A stretch of DNA of 64,000 bases from an uncultured Thermoplasmata archaeon. GTDB taxonomy: Archaea > Thermoplasmatota > Thermoplasmata > UBA10834. Positions 9,856 through 20,336 of the stretch are shown here, piece by piece. Positions within the stretch are counted from its first letter, which is position 1; every line of letters starts with the position of its first letter. Both the position numbers and the translations under genes were made by a program. The stretch covers positions 160,001-224,000 of the forward strand of contig CAVRDX010000003.1 in the NCBI GenBank assembly GCA_963719945.1. The letters run 5' to 3'. The notes beneath the pieces were generated by a model. The model saw only the letters and a program-made list of their open reading frames with translations. It was not told where the DNA came from and made no database searches.

Positions 9856-10662
9856 CTAAACTCCAACCCACATGTGTCCGGTGATCTTCCTTATGGCCGA
9901 TATTGCAGACAATGCTGCCAGGTAACTCGTCTTCGGATTGCGAGGCGACGGTAGATTCCTAGTAACCACATCCAGCTCGCCGAACCTCCCCTTTGCCCTC
10001 AGGTTGTGCTCGTTGGTCTTGACTTGCGGGTCACAGACTATCCTTATCGTGGTCTTCTCGAAGCCGATCCCTGCGAGCGATATCGTGGCGGCGACATTGA
10101 TGTTCTGGGGGAAATGCTTGACCGCCTCCCTGGCCGAACCCTGGAACAACTCCGTCCTTACGCGTATTTCCGAGGGGATGATCCCTTTGGATTCCAGATA
10201 TGCGCTGGGTCCGAAGGCCGATGGAGGTTTCGTAGTCGTGAGCGTCACCTCATCTATCTCCTCCATGCTCGCCGAGGAGAGGGCGTCGATTCCTCCTATG
10301 GCTCCGCTCGGGATGAATATCTTGGCACCCTTTCTCTTCGATAATCGGTAAGCATCCGCCTGGAACTCCTCGTCCTGGAAGACACCAACGCTCATGACTA
10401 GAACATTCACCCCTGCCGAAAGGGCAAGAGGCACATAGTATCTGGCAGCATCCTGACTGGCTGCCTCGGCAACCAATCCTATCTCCCCCAGGATAGGAAC
10501 AATGTCCGGGACATAAACGACCTTCTTAGTATGCTCCTGAAGCCTGGTCGCACATTCCTGGGACCGATCAGTCAGGTATGTGGTTTCCACCTCTGGAAAG
10601 CCGTCCACAGCCTTCGCGATTGTCGTACCAATCGCGCCACATCCGATGACGCAGATCTTCAC
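9856..10662 (-). CDS. nadX: L-aspartate dehydrogenase
   Basis: IGCGAIG, EAASQ, PSGAIGGID, FPQNINVAA, NPKTSYLA. GTG start at 10662. Confidence 0.93.
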   Translation of the reverse strand: MKICVIGCGAIGTTIAKAVDGFPEVETTYLTDRSQECATRLQEHTKKVVYVPDIVPILGEIGLVAEAASQDAARYYVPLALSAGVNVLVMSVGVFQDEEFQADAYRLSKRKGAKIFIPSGAIGGIDALSSASMEEIDEVTLTTTKPPSAFGPSAYLESKGIIPSEIRVRTELFQGSAREAVKHFPQNINVAATISLAGIGFEKTTIRIVCDPQVKTNEHNLRAKGRFGELDVVTRNLPSPRNPKTSYLAALSAISAIRKITGHMWVGV

Positions 10663-10786
10663 ATTATGCCTGAGATAGGGGTGAATATAAAAACTTTCAG
10701 AGCCAACAATTATCGTTCCTGCCTGGAACTGGTATATGCATCTATGCAGCATCCTTTTTGAACAGGAAATATGGTATCCATTCTTG

Positions 10787-12187
10787 ATGAACGACCTCTC
10801 TGACAAGCTAGCCAAGGCTGTGAGGTCACGATTATGCAACTCCTGCGATTATGTCGAATTAAGGGCAGAATCCACAGTTCACACTGCTATCGACCATCGC
10901 GATTCGAGCATCGAAGTGATCTCTCGCAGATATGAGTCAGGACACTCCGCGCGGGTTCTAAAAAATGGCTGCTGGGGTTTCTCCGTATCTGATGGTTTCC
11001 GGGACATCCAATCTACAATCAGGAACGCTGCGAAAGCCGCATCCGTAGTTCCTCCGAGAGAAGATGAGGCCTTTGCTGGATTATGCAAGATCAAGCCAGT
11101 CCAGCGGCATATCCGCTCGCGCACAAAAGAGCCCATTCACGAAATCGATATAGATGAAAAGGTCTCGTTCCTGAAGGATGTATGTCAAGGCATAATCCAT
11201 TCTGATCCAAGGATCACAACATCCCTCACGAACTATCGTGACACCTCCGGTAAGAAACTGCTGGTCACTAGTGAGGGGACATGCATCGAGACAGATGTCA
11301 CGCTGGTGAATCTCATGACCACCGCATCAGGTCGAGTCGATGGGCGTTCCGTATCGTCCAGGGACGAAGTAGCGACCGTGACTCATGGTTGGAATCTATT
11401 CGAGAAGAAGGAGACTGCGGAAACGATAACGGGGAGGTTAGTGAAGCGGATTCAGGGTCAGATGAACGGGGTTCCTGCGAAACGCGGGACATTCCCGTGC
11501 GTCCTTTCTCCAAGAGTCGTCGGCATGCTCGCCCATGAGGCGCTCGGGCATCTTGCCGAAGCGGATTTCTTCTCTGCTGGGGCTTTCGGAGGTCTTGAAG
11601 GAAAGCGGGTTGCTCCTGAGAGCGTCACGATAATAGATTCCCCTTCAATAGACGATGGCTTTGGCAACATCAAGATAGATGACGAGGGTGTAGTTGCGAG
11701 AGACGCGGTCCTGATACGAAATGGTGTTCTGGGCGAGCAGATGACTGACCGAGAATGGGCTGCCCGCCTCGGGGCCCGTCCAACAGGAAACGCACGAGCC
11801 GAATCCTACAGAGTGCCTCCGATCATCAGGATGAGGAACACATACTTTGCAGAGGGTGACATGTCTCTCGATGAATTACTCGAGGACAAGAAATTCGGCT
11901 ATTATTGTGTCGACGTCAGGGGTGGCCAGGCCGAGTCCAATTCGAGCTTCCAGGTCGGCATCCAAGAATGCTATGAGATTCGTAATGGCGAGATAACAAA
12001 GCCCGTCCGCAACCTCGCGATCAGTGGGATCGCTGTCAATTCGCTGCAGTTGATCGACGGCCTCGGAGATGATTTCGATATCGAATCGAGCTATTGCGGG
12101 AAGTTATTCCAGTATATGGCGACCAGCGACGGCGGTCCCCATATGAGTCTGAATAAAGGAGCCATCGTCTTCGGGGGATCGGGATGA
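10787..12187 (+). CDS. tldD: TldD metalloprotease subunit
   Basis: HEALGH zinc motif, DDEGV, TGNARAES, RMRNTY, CGK...SDGGP. Confidence 0.92.
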   Translation: MNDLSDKLAKAVRSRLCNSCDYVELRAESTVHTAIDHRDSSIEVISRRYESGHSARVLKNGCWGFSVSDGFRDIQSTIRNAAKAASVVPPREDEAFAGLCKIKPVQRHIRSRTKEPIHEIDIDEKVSFLKDVCQGIIHSDPRITTSLTNYRDTSGKKLLVTSEGTCIETDVTLVNLMTTASGRVDGRSVSSRDEVATVTHGWNLFEKKETAETITGRLVKRIQGQMNGVPAKRGTFPCVLSPRVVGMLAHEALGHLAEADFFSAGAFGGLEGKRVAPESVTIIDSPSIDDGFGNIKIDDEGVVARDAVLIRNGVLGEQMTDREWAARLGARPTGNARAESYRVPPIIRMRNTYFAEGDMSLDELLEDKKFGYYCVDVRGGQAESNSSFQVGIQECYEIRNGEITKPVRNLAISGIAVNSLQLIDGLGDDFDIESSYCGKLFQYMATSDGGPHMSLNKGAIVFGGSG

Positions 12188-13572
12188 TGACCCACAAATC
12201 TCTCGGACAGGAGACCGAATTGAGGGGAGTCCTTGAGACAATCCCTGATCATGCGAGAAGGCTGGGCTTGGATGAATTCGAAGTCTTTGCGTATTCGAAA
12301 TCCTCCAGACGCCTGATGATCGATACGAACCGTATCAACTCAGCTACCGCTGTCAATAGCACGGGCCTGTTGATCAGGGTCGTGCGCGATGCCAGGGCAG
12401 GTGCATCGTTCTGCAGTTCGTTTAGATCAAAGGACATCGAGAGATGCATGCGTAGCGCGAAAGCCATCACAGCTTCTAACCAACCGGATGCCAATTGGCC
12501 TGGATTCCCCTGTGCGAAGGGCAATTATCCTGAGATCAAGGGTCTTTTCGATCCCAGACTCGTCTCCCTAGAACTCGACAGGCTGAAGGATATGGCCGCG
12601 ACTATGATTGAAGGTGCCAGAGCGGTCGCAAAACCCATTTCTGTCACCCTCGGAGGCGTGGAATGCATAATCCAATCGACAGGCGTGCTAAATTCGTCTG
12701 GAATAGACGCATATAGGCAAGAGACTGCACTCCAGGCTTTCTGCGTATCGCTCTGGGGGTCTGGATCGTCGGTTACGGCGGAGTCCGCTCAGGAATCGAT
12801 GTCTCGTTCGATGAATATGGATTTCGAGAAGATCGGTCGAGACAGTGCCGAGATTGCATTCAAATCCTCCGTCATAGCAGATTCCAGCACCGGTGAGTGC
12901 GATGTGGTCTTCAGTCCAGCCGCGCTCGGTAGCGGTGACTCGGGCCTCCTGAACATAATGATGCAGAAAGCCTTGTCTGGCCAGAGCGTCGTTAGAAGGA
13001 ATTCGTTTCTGTCGGAATTATTGGGGGAACAAATTGCCCCTGAGGGACTCACGATCTATGATAATCCTGTCCTGAGTGGCGTCATAGGATCCAGGCAGTT
13101 CGATGATGAAGGCATGCCGACGAAGAAGAAGACGCTGATAAAGGACGGCGTCGTGACCGGTTTCGTCTGGGACAGTTACTATGGCGCGATGGCCCATAAA
13201 CCATCGACTGGGAACGCAATCAGGGACCAGCTCACCGGCGCGATATCTTCATCTCCCCTGAACCTCCAGATCCGACCTGGTAGGGGTGAGCTCGAGGACC
13301 TCGTGTCCGAGGTCGACGATGGATATCTCGTATGGGCTGGTCAAGGTATACATACCAGCAATCTTGAGACTGGAGATTTCTCCTTCGTTGCGAATCCTGG
13401 TTTGAAGATACACAAAGGCGAGATAGTCGGTGGGGTGAGGGGAGTCATGATTTCTGGAAATCTGTTAGAGCTCCTCAAAGGAACCTCTCAGATAGGTGCC
13501 GATATCACTGATTATGGCAATAATCTAATGCCTAGCATTAGATTCGGCAACGTCAAAGTGACGACTGGCTGA
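12184..13572 (+). CDS. pmbA: TldE/PmbA subunit
   Basis: FDDEG, STGNA, TGDFS, no HExxH. ATGA overlap with tldD. Confidence 0.9.
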   Translation: MMTHKSLGQETELRGVLETIPDHARRLGLDEFEVFAYSKSSRRLMIDTNRINSATAVNSTGLLIRVVRDARAGASFCSSFRSKDIERCMRSAKAITASNQPDANWPGFPCAKGNYPEIKGLFDPRLVSLELDRLKDMAATMIEGARAVAKPISVTLGGVECIIQSTGVLNSSGIDAYRQETALQAFCVSLWGSGSSVTAESAQESMSRSMNMDFEKIGRDSAEIAFKSSVIADSSTGECDVVFSPAALGSGDSGLLNIMMQKALSGQSVVRRNSFLSELLGEQIAPEGLTIYDNPVLSGVIGSRQFDDEGMPTKKKTLIKDGVVTGFVWDSYYGAMAHKPSTGNAIRDQLTGAISSSPLNLQIRPGRGELEDLVSEVDDGYLVWAGQGIHTSNLETGDFSFVANPGLKIHKGEIVGGVRGVMISGNLLELLKGTSQIGADITDYGNNLMPSIRFGNVKVTTG

Positions 13573-13580
13573 GTGTACCG

Positions 13581-14264
13581 ATGCAGGCATCACGACAAGG
13601 TGCAAGGAAGAAGGCGGCTGTGGTCGACAGTCTGCTCGTGAAATCCTATCGTGACGATAAGGTAGTCCCAAAGGACGATCCGCTCGATACATTGGTCGAG
13701 ACCATACTCTCTCAGAATACAACCGATCTCAATTCTCACAGGAGCTACTTGGCTCTGAAGAAGCAATATCCGACATGGGAGTCCATGGAACGTGAAGACC
13801 CTGCGAAAATCGCCAAGATAATTCGATCAGGTGGATTGGCCGAGATCAAGGCGAATAGGATATTGGATGCTCTTGAATACATACGATCCGAGAGGGGAAA
13901 CCTCGGACTGGATTTTCTGAGGCAGATGACGCCTTTCCAGGCTGACAGATGGCTTGCTGGAATGAAGGGAGTGGGACCAAAGACTCGTGCGATTGTTCTG
14001 CTGTTTTCATTGGACATGCCTGCATTCCCCGTCGACACCCACGTACACAGAGTATCCCGCAGGCTCGGATTGATCAGCGAGAAGACCTCCAGGGAGTCTG
14101 CCCAGGAAGAGCTAGCGGATATTGTGCCTTTGCGGAGGTTCTATCCATTCCACATCAATCTGATTGAGCACGGACGGGCAGTCTGCCGATCTCAAAAACC
14201 TCGATGTGAGGCATGCCAGATATCTCACCTATGCGATGATTACCAATCACGGCACGGGGCATAG
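13581..14264 (+). CDS. nth: Endonuclease III (HhH-GPD, 4Fe-4S)
   Basis: ILSQNTTD, GVGPKT, PVDTHVHR, C-x6-C-x2-C-x5-C. Confidence 0.93.
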   Translation: MQASRQGARKKAAVVDSLLVKSYRDDKVVPKDDPLDTLVETILSQNTTDLNSHRSYLALKKQYPTWESMEREDPAKIAKIIRSGGLAEIKANRILDALEYIRSERGNLGLDFLRQMTPFQADRWLAGMKGVGPKTRAIVLLFSLDMPAFPVDTHVHRVSRRLGLISEKTSRESAQEELADIVPLRRFYPFHINLIEHGRAVCRSQKPRCEACQISHLCDDYQSRHGA

Positions 14265-14298
14265 AGTTGATATATGCTCGAGTCCACTGTCAATCTGC

Positions 14299-14703
14299 AT
14301 GAGATACAGGCTGTTGGAGCACACTGCCGATGCGATGGTCGAAGTCCATGGGGAGACCTTGGAAGAGAGATTCGCAAACGCGGCATATGCTATGTTCGAT
14401 CAGATGACCGACGTGAGCAAGATTCAGCCAACTGGCGAGATGAGGATACAGATTGAGACTGAGTCAATGGAACAGCTTCTCGTCGACTTCCTGCAGGAAC
14501 TCCTCTTCCTGCATGATGCAGAGAACTTGGTATTCAGCAGGTTCGACATCACTCTGAACGGAACTAAACTAGATGCACGGATCCACGGGGAGGAATTCGA
14601 TGATGAGCGACATACGAAGCGTTCGGTCGTGAAGGGTGTGACTTATCATAAGCTCGAATTCAACGATGCTCAGAAGACACTGGTTGTGCTCTTCGATGTG
14701 TGA
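14299..14703 (+). CDS. Archease
   Basis: YRLLEHTAD, VKGVTYH, C-terminal FDV. Confidence 0.93.
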   Translation: MRYRLLEHTADAMVEVHGETLEERFANAAYAMFDQMTDVSKIQPTGEMRIQIETESMEQLLVDFLQELLFLHDAENLVFSRFDITLNGTKLDARIHGEEFDDERHTKRSVVKGVTYHKLEFNDAQKTLVVLFDV

Positions 14704-14709
14704 GGTCTG

Positions 14710-15672
14710 ATGATGAAATCATCCGCGATAGCGTATCCGATCCAAGGGCTGATAAAATATCACGGACTCAAGGACGAGCAGCTCCGGTTGCCATATCACG
14801 ATTCCATCTCGGTCTCCACATCTCCCACAGCGAGCCACACGACTATTGAATTCGGCGATTTCGAAGAGGATGTGGCGGAGGTTGATTCACGCACGCTGAC
14901 TGGGAGGGAGCTCGAGAGGGTACTTTCAGTCGTTGATGTCGTGCGGTCGAGAGCCGGTATCGAAGATCGTTTCAGGATGGTATCGAAGAATAACTTCCCA
15001 TCGAACGTGGGGTTGGGATCGTCAGCCTCAGGATTCGCTGCGCTCGCAGTAGCGTCATGCGATGCGGCCAAGCTCGATCTGTCTCTCGAACAAATTTCGG
15101 TCATTGCGCGTCGTGGCGCAGGCTCCGCATCGCGCTCCGTCACCGGTGGATTCTCTAGATGGAAAGCCGGCCATGATGATGAGGAATCGTATTCATACCA
15201 GATCGCGTCTGAGGATTTCGAGATGGGGATTCTGGTAGCACTCATCCCTGCTTTCAAGTACACGGAGAATGCGCATAAATCTGTGTTGGGATCCCCCTTC
15301 TTCCATTCGCGACTTGCCTATGTCCATGGCGCCCTCTCCGAGATGGAGAACGCTATCAAGAAGAGGGATATCGACCGCGTAGGGATGCTGGCCGAGCGTG
15401 ACTCTTTGATTCTGCATGGGATAACGATGACCGGCATTGACGAAACGATCCTTTGGAGACCGGATACGGTGAAGGTGATACTCGAGGTTCGGAAGATGCG
15501 TTCCGAAGGAGTCCCGGCATTCTTCTCGATAGATACTGGTGCCACCGTATACGTCAACACGCATCTGGAGCACGTCGCTGAGGTCGAGAAAAGATTGAAA
15601 GAAGTGGATCTTGAGATTATCAGATGCGGCGTCGGCGGGAAGGCCAGGCTGACGGACGACCATCTGTTCTAG
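14710..15672 (+). CDS. mvaD: Phosphomevalonate/diphosphomevalonate decarboxylase (GHMP), haloarchaea-type-like
   Basis: AYPIQGLIKYHG...LPYHDSISV, NFPSNVGLGSSASG, ARRGAGSASRS, FSIDTGATVY. Confidence 0.88.
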   Translation: MMKSSAIAYPIQGLIKYHGLKDEQLRLPYHDSISVSTSPTASHTTIEFGDFEEDVAEVDSRTLTGRELERVLSVVDVVRSRAGIEDRFRMVSKNNFPSNVGLGSSASGFAALAVASCDAAKLDLSLEQISVIARRGAGSASRSVTGGFSRWKAGHDDEESYSYQIASEDFEMGILVALIPAFKYTENAHKSVLGSPFFHSRLAYVHGALSEMENAIKKRDIDRVGMLAERDSLILHGITMTGIDETILWRPDTVKVILEVRKMRSEGVPAFFSIDTGATVYVNTHLEHVAEVEKRLKEVDLEIIRCGVGGKARLTDDHLF

Positions 15673-16416
15673 CTATTGGCGGCCATTCTTCTGCAGCTCG
15701 ATTGCTTCCCTGAGCGAAATATGCCCACCCGCGACCCGCGCGGCGAGGTTCTTGGAGACGGTGATCGATCCGCTGCTCTCGAGTCTGCTCAACCTCTGGA
15801 TGTTGCGGATCTCTCCTGGACACGGATCGATTCTCAGACGTCTGTCCGGTCTGTATCCTTGGGTGAGAGCGATTTCCACTGCGGCATCCTCGTCCGGAGT
15901 CCGTGATTGAGGGGTCGTATTGCTCTCATCGACTATCTCAACAGAATGACCATCGTCCCATAACCTGTTGAATATCCTGTTCCTGTTGATTCTGTCTCCA
16001 TTGCCTATTCTGATCTTGAGTCTGGAAAATGGGCGCTCTCTGATGATCCTATCCACAATGTCCCCAACCGCTTCCGGTGATTTGGCTAGCAGCTTCTCCA
16101 GGACAACCCCATCGCCGACAGCAGCCACACCAGGCTTCGCTCCGGGATCGATTCCGATCATTAGATCGTCGAGGTCTCGATTTCCGGACAGCGTCTTGAG
16201 TGCCATTGAGACGGCTGCTTCAGGATCGGATTCGATTATGACAAAATCGAACTGTACTCTGTCCCTCTCCTCCAAAGTCGATATGACGACCCCGATGTTG
16301 GCCGGTATCGGTTCCATGAACTCCAATGAGAGGAATTTCAGTTTGCGGCCCCTCAGGACTTCGAGCATCTCATAGTATGTCCTCGCGTCCTGAGTCAGCA
16401 GACCGATATGTTTCAT
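15673..16416 (-). CDS. Conserved hypothetical protein with RNase H-like (RuvC/YqgF-type) domain
   Basis: IGIDPG...G(V)A, RIGNG, VDESNTT, DEDAA acidic motifs. Confidence 0.65.
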   Translation of the reverse strand: MKHIGLLTQDARTYYEMLEVLRGRKLKFLSLEFMEPIPANIGVVISTLEERDRVQFDFVIIESDPEAAVSMALKTLSGNRDLDDLMIGIDPGAKPGVAAVGDGVVLEKLLAKSPEAVGDIVDRIIRERPFSRLKIRIGNGDRINRNRIFNRLWDDGHSVEIVDESNTTPQSRTPDEDAAVEIALTQGYRPDRRLRIDPCPGEIRNIQRLSRLESSGSITVSKNLAARVAGGHISLREAIELQKNGRQ

Positions 16417-16519
16417 ACGATGAGCCTATTTGATGCAGTTGGGATAAAAGACTTTTGATTCATTTCCCCATTCATCAGTATAATTGATGCGCTCTCTTCC
16501 GTGCAAACAGAGTTCTCGT

Positions 16520-17674
16520 TCATGGTTTCCGGCCGAACTTGCTGAAACGGGTCTTCTTTCTGTCGCCCCGATCATAATCCCCGAGCGAGTCTCCGAGTTG
16601 CTTCATGAGATCTTTCTGTTCAGGCGTCAGCTTGGTCGGTATCTGGACTGTGACCTTAACGAACTCGTCGCCTTCTCCGAACCCTCTCAGGTCCGGCATG
16701 CCCTTTCCTTTGAGTCTGAAAACAGTGCCTGTCTGAGTCCCTGATGGTACTGTCACTCTCGCGGTCCCATCGAGTGTCGGCACATCGATCTGCGCTCCTA
16801 GAGCTGCCTGTGTGAACGTTATCGGGGCTTCCAGCCATAGGTCTCTTCCATCCCGTGCGAACACGGAATGTCCATCGATATGGATTATGATGTACAGATC
16901 CCCAGACGGACCTCCGTTGGGGCCAGCCTCGCCAGCCCCTCTTATCCTCAAACGCATGCCCTCTTCGGCACCCTTGGGGATCGATACCTTCAAGGTCGAT
17001 GTGGTCTGGACTGCTCCATGTCCCTGACAATCTGGACAGTTCTTTGTGATCTGGTTTCCTCTCCCTTTGCAGGTCGGGCAATTGCCGATGGTCACAAACG
17101 AGGTGTTTCCACGCTTTTGCGCCCTCTGGACTTGTCCAGCCCCTTTGCAGGTCGGACATGTCTTGATGTCCTCCTTCTTGGCGCCTAAACCACCACATGT
17201 CTTGCAGGCAATGCTGTGTGGAACCCTGATCTCCTTCTCGATCCCGGTCGCTGCTTCTTCCAGAGCTATGTCGATGTCGTACCTGAGAGACCTACCCTCG
17301 ATGGGGCCTGTTCGCCTCATCCCTCCGCCGAAGAACTGGTCGAAAATGCTCCCGCCAAAACCCGATGAATTGCCGAATATGTCGCTGATATCCCCGAAAT
17401 GCGTGAAATCCGACCAGTCAAAGCCGCCCCCTCTAAAAGTGCTTTGGACTCCTTCATGTCCGTACTGATCGTATCTGGTCTTCTTCTCGTCATCCACGAG
17501 GACCTCGTATGCTTCTGAGAGTTCCTTGAACTTCTCCTCAGCCTGTTTCGGGTCCCCCTTGTTGGTGTCCGGGTGATACTTCATGGCTAGCTTTCTGTAA
17601 GCCTTCTTGATCTCATCCTTCGAGGCGGTTCGAGATACCCCGAGTACCTCGTAGTAGTCTCTCTTCTGGACCAT
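16520..17674 (-). CDS. dnaJ: Chaperone DnaJ
   Basis: J-domain HPD, G/F region, four CxxCxGxG repeats. Confidence 0.98.
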   Translation of the reverse strand: MVQKRDYYEVLGVSRTASKDEIKKAYRKLAMKYHPDTNKGDPKQAEEKFKELSEAYEVLVDDEKKTRYDQYGHEGVQSTFRGGGFDWSDFTHFGDISDIFGNSSGFGGSIFDQFFGGGMRRTGPIEGRSLRYDIDIALEEAATGIEKEIRVPHSIACKTCGGLGAKKEDIKTCPTCKGAGQVQRAQKRGNTSFVTIGNCPTCKGRGNQITKNCPDCQGHGAVQTTSTLKVSIPKGAEEGMRLRIRGAGEAGPNGGPSGDLYIIIHIDGHSVFARDGRDLWLEAPITFTQAALGAQIDVPTLDGTARVTVPSGTQTGTVFRLKGKGMPDLRGFGEGDEFVKVTVQIPTKLTPEQKDLMKQLGDSLGDYDRGDRKKTRFSKFGRKP

Positions 17675-17749
17675 TGCATCATCACCGTTTCATGACATTC
17701 TCGATCGATTCGGTCGAGAGAATGAGGAGATAGGAAAAAGAGGTTTGGG

Positions 17750-19627
17750 TCACTTCTTGTCATCGTCGTCGACTATCTTGTACTCAGCATCCACAAAACC
17801 ACTGTCGCCGCCACCTGATTGCTCTTCTCCGCTGGGTGGAGGTGTCTGGGGCTCCTGTGATGCCTGCTGAGCGGTCTCATAGACCCTCTTACCGATCTCC
17901 AGCAGAGCCTTGTCTAACTCATCCAACTTCTGCTTGATTATTTCCAGATCGTCGCCCGCTAGGGCGGTCTTGAGCTCCTCGGATAGTTTAGTCAGACTCT
18001 CCTTGAGGTCCTGTGGCACCTTTTCTCCCATCTCTTCCAGGATGTGGGTTACCTCGTAGGTCCTCTGTTCGGCCCTGTTCCTCAGTTCTGCCTTCTCCTT
18101 GCGCTTGAGATCCTCGTCCGCGAACCTCTCTGCGTCCTTGACCATCTTGTCGATGTCTTCCTTCCCGAGCTTCGTCGTGGCCGTGATAGTGATCTTCTGC
18201 TCCTTGCCAGTTCCACGGTCCTTCGCGCTGACATCGATTATACCGTTGGCATCGATGTCGAAGGTGACCTCGATCTGGGGCAAGCCCCTCGGGGCAGGAG
18301 GTATTCCTATCAGGTGGAAATTGCCGAGCGTGACATTATCTGTGGCCATCGGTCTCTCTCCCTGCAGGACATGGATCTCGACGCTTGTTTGCCCGTCCGC
18401 GGCTGTGGAGAAGACTTCGCTCTTCCGTGTCGGTATGGTCGTGTTCCTTTCGATGAGCTTGTGGGACACTCCTCCGAGGGTCTCTACGCCCAATGACAGA
18501 GGTGTCACATCGAGCAACAGTATGTCCTTGACGCTGCCCTCGATTATGCCTGCCTGTATGGAAGCACCCATGGCTACGCATTCCATCGGGTCCACACCTC
18601 TCACGATCTTTGGCCCGACGACTCCTTCGACGAACCTATGTACAATCGGCATCCTCGTCGGACCGCCGACCAATATGACCTTGTCTATCTTGTCAGCGCT
18701 TAGTTTCCCATCCTCAAGCGCCTGCATTGTCGGTCCATGACACTTTTCTACCACAGGCTTGACCAGCTCTTCCAGTTTCGCCCTTGTGAGTTTCATCGCG
18801 AGGTGCCTTGGTCCCGAAGCGTCTGCGCTGAGATACGGGAGGTTTATTTCGGTCTCGAGTGTGGAGGACAGCTCTATCTTGGCCTTCTCAGCAGCCTCTC
18901 TGACCCTCTGCATCGCCATCCTGTCCTTCGTGATATCCATGCTGGAATCTGCCTTGAACTCCTTGGCGATGTAATCCACCATCATGTTGTCCATATCGGT
19001 ACCGCCCAGTTGGGTGTCACCGCTCGTGGATATGACCTCAAAGACTCCATCGCCGAACTCCATTATGGTGACATCGAGCGTGCCTCCGCCAAGATCGAAG
19101 ACGAGTATCTTCTGTTCCTTTTCGGACTTGTCCAGCCCGTATGCCAGGGCAGCCGCGGTCGGTTCGTTGATTATCCTCACCACATCGAGGCCGGCTATCA
19201 TACCAGCATCCTTGGTCGCCTGTCTCTGGTTGTCGTTGAAGTATGCTGGGACGGTGATTACTGCCTTCTCGACCTTGGTGCCGAGGTACGCTTCAGCATC
19301 GCGCTTGATCTTCTGCAGTATGAACGCGGATATCTGCTGGGGCGTGAACTCCTTTCCGTGCACCTTGGTTTTGTAGTCCGTCCCCATCTTCCGCTTGATC
19401 GCCATTATTGTTCCTTCCGGGTTGGAGACCGCCTGCCTCCTGGCTGGTTCGCCTACCAGCATCTGCCCGTCCTTCGTGAAAGCGACATACGACGGGAACG
19501 CCTTGCCTCCCAAGCTGGTTCCCTCTGCGCTCGGTATTATCGTCGGCCTGCCGCCTTCTACCACAGCAGCTGCCGAATTGCTCGTGCCCAGGTCTATTCC
19601 TATGACCTTGGTCTTAGATTCTGCCAT
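17750..19627 (-). CDS. dnaK: Chaperone DnaK (Hsp70)
   Basis: [36 protein letters not shown]. Confidence 0.99.
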   Translation of the reverse strand: MAESKTKVIGIDLGTSNSAAAVVEGGRPTIIPSAEGTSLGGKAFPSYVAFTKDGQMLVGEPARRQAVSNPEGTIMAIKRKMGTDYKTKVHGKEFTPQQISAFILQKIKRDAEAYLGTKVEKAVITVPAYFNDNQRQATKDAGMIAGLDVVRIINEPTAAALAYGLDKSEKEQKILVFDLGGGTLDVTIMEFGDGVFEVISTSGDTQLGGTDMDNMMVDYIAKEFKADSSMDITKDRMAMQRVREAAEKAKIELSSTLETEINLPYLSADASGPRHLAMKLTRAKLEELVKPVVEKCHGPTMQALEDGKLSADKIDKVILVGGPTRMPIVHRFVEGVVGPKIVRGVDPMECVAMGASIQAGIIEGSVKDILLLDVTPLSLGVETLGGVSHKLIERNTTIPTRKSEVFSTAADGQTSVEIHVLQGERPMATDNVTLGNFHLIGIPPAPRGLPQIEVTFDIDANGIIDVSAKDRGTGKEQKITITATTKLGKEDIDKMVKDAERFADEDLKRKEKAELRNRAEQRTYEVTHILEEMGEKVPQDLKESLTKLSEELKTALAGDDLEIIKQKLDELDKALLEIGKRVYETAQQASQEPQTPPPSGEEQSGGGDSGFVDAEYKIVDDDDKK

Positions 19628-19655
19628 TCTTCACTCACCTCTCATTTCTTCTGTC

Positions 19656-20255
19656 CTATTCTGATTCTTCATCATCTGAATTATCGTGATTGTCATTGTC
19701 CGGTTCGGTGATTTCGACCGGTTCGATCCTCTTGGCCACCTTCACTTTGGAAGGCCTGATGACCTTCCCTCCAAGGCTGTAGCCTTTCTGGTACACCTCG
19801 AGTATCTTTCCGTCATCTGCATCTTCGGATTCTGCGCGCATCAGCGCCTCGTGCTCGAACGGGTCGAACCTGCAATCGGTTCTTATCTCTCTCAAACCCT
19901 GTCTCTGGAGGGTCTGCAAGAGTTGTCTGTGGATCCCTTCGAGCCCTTTCCTGTCATGGTCGGAAGCCTTGGTTTTTTGCGGATCTTCGAAAGCCTTGTC
20001 AAAGGTATCCAGGATAGGGAGCAAGTCGCGCATCAGTCCCTCGGCAGCGATTCTTGCCCTCTCATTCCATTCCTTCGCGATGCGCTTCTTATAATTGTCG
20101 AAATCTGCCTGGAGACGCAAAAGAGTATCGGTCAAGTCCTCTATCCTTCTGTCCAACTCCGATGCTGGGTCTTGTATTCGAGGGTCTTTCTCGTCGGAAT
20201 CACTCCCCTCTTTCGAGCCGTCGTGCTCGGTGTCATTTGTTTCATCGTCAGCCAT
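19656..20255 (-). CDS. grpE: Nucleotide exchange factor GrpE
   Basis: LRLQADFDNYKKR, FDPFEHEA, QKGY...VIRPSKV. Confidence 0.96.
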   Translation of the reverse strand: MADDETNDTEHDGSKEGSDSDEKDPRIQDPASELDRRIEDLTDTLLRLQADFDNYKKRIAKEWNERARIAAEGLMRDLLPILDTFDKAFEDPQKTKASDHDRKGLEGIHRQLLQTLQRQGLREIRTDCRFDPFEHEALMRAESEDADDGKILEVYQKGYSLGGKVIRPSKVKVAKRIEPVEITEPDNDNHDNSDDEESE

Positions 20256-20336
20256 CACCGATTGCCTCCAGTGCAATCCAGGGCCTCCAATGGCCCTTTC
20301 ACGAAAGTAATGGGTTTAAGGGGTTTGGGTCTTCGT

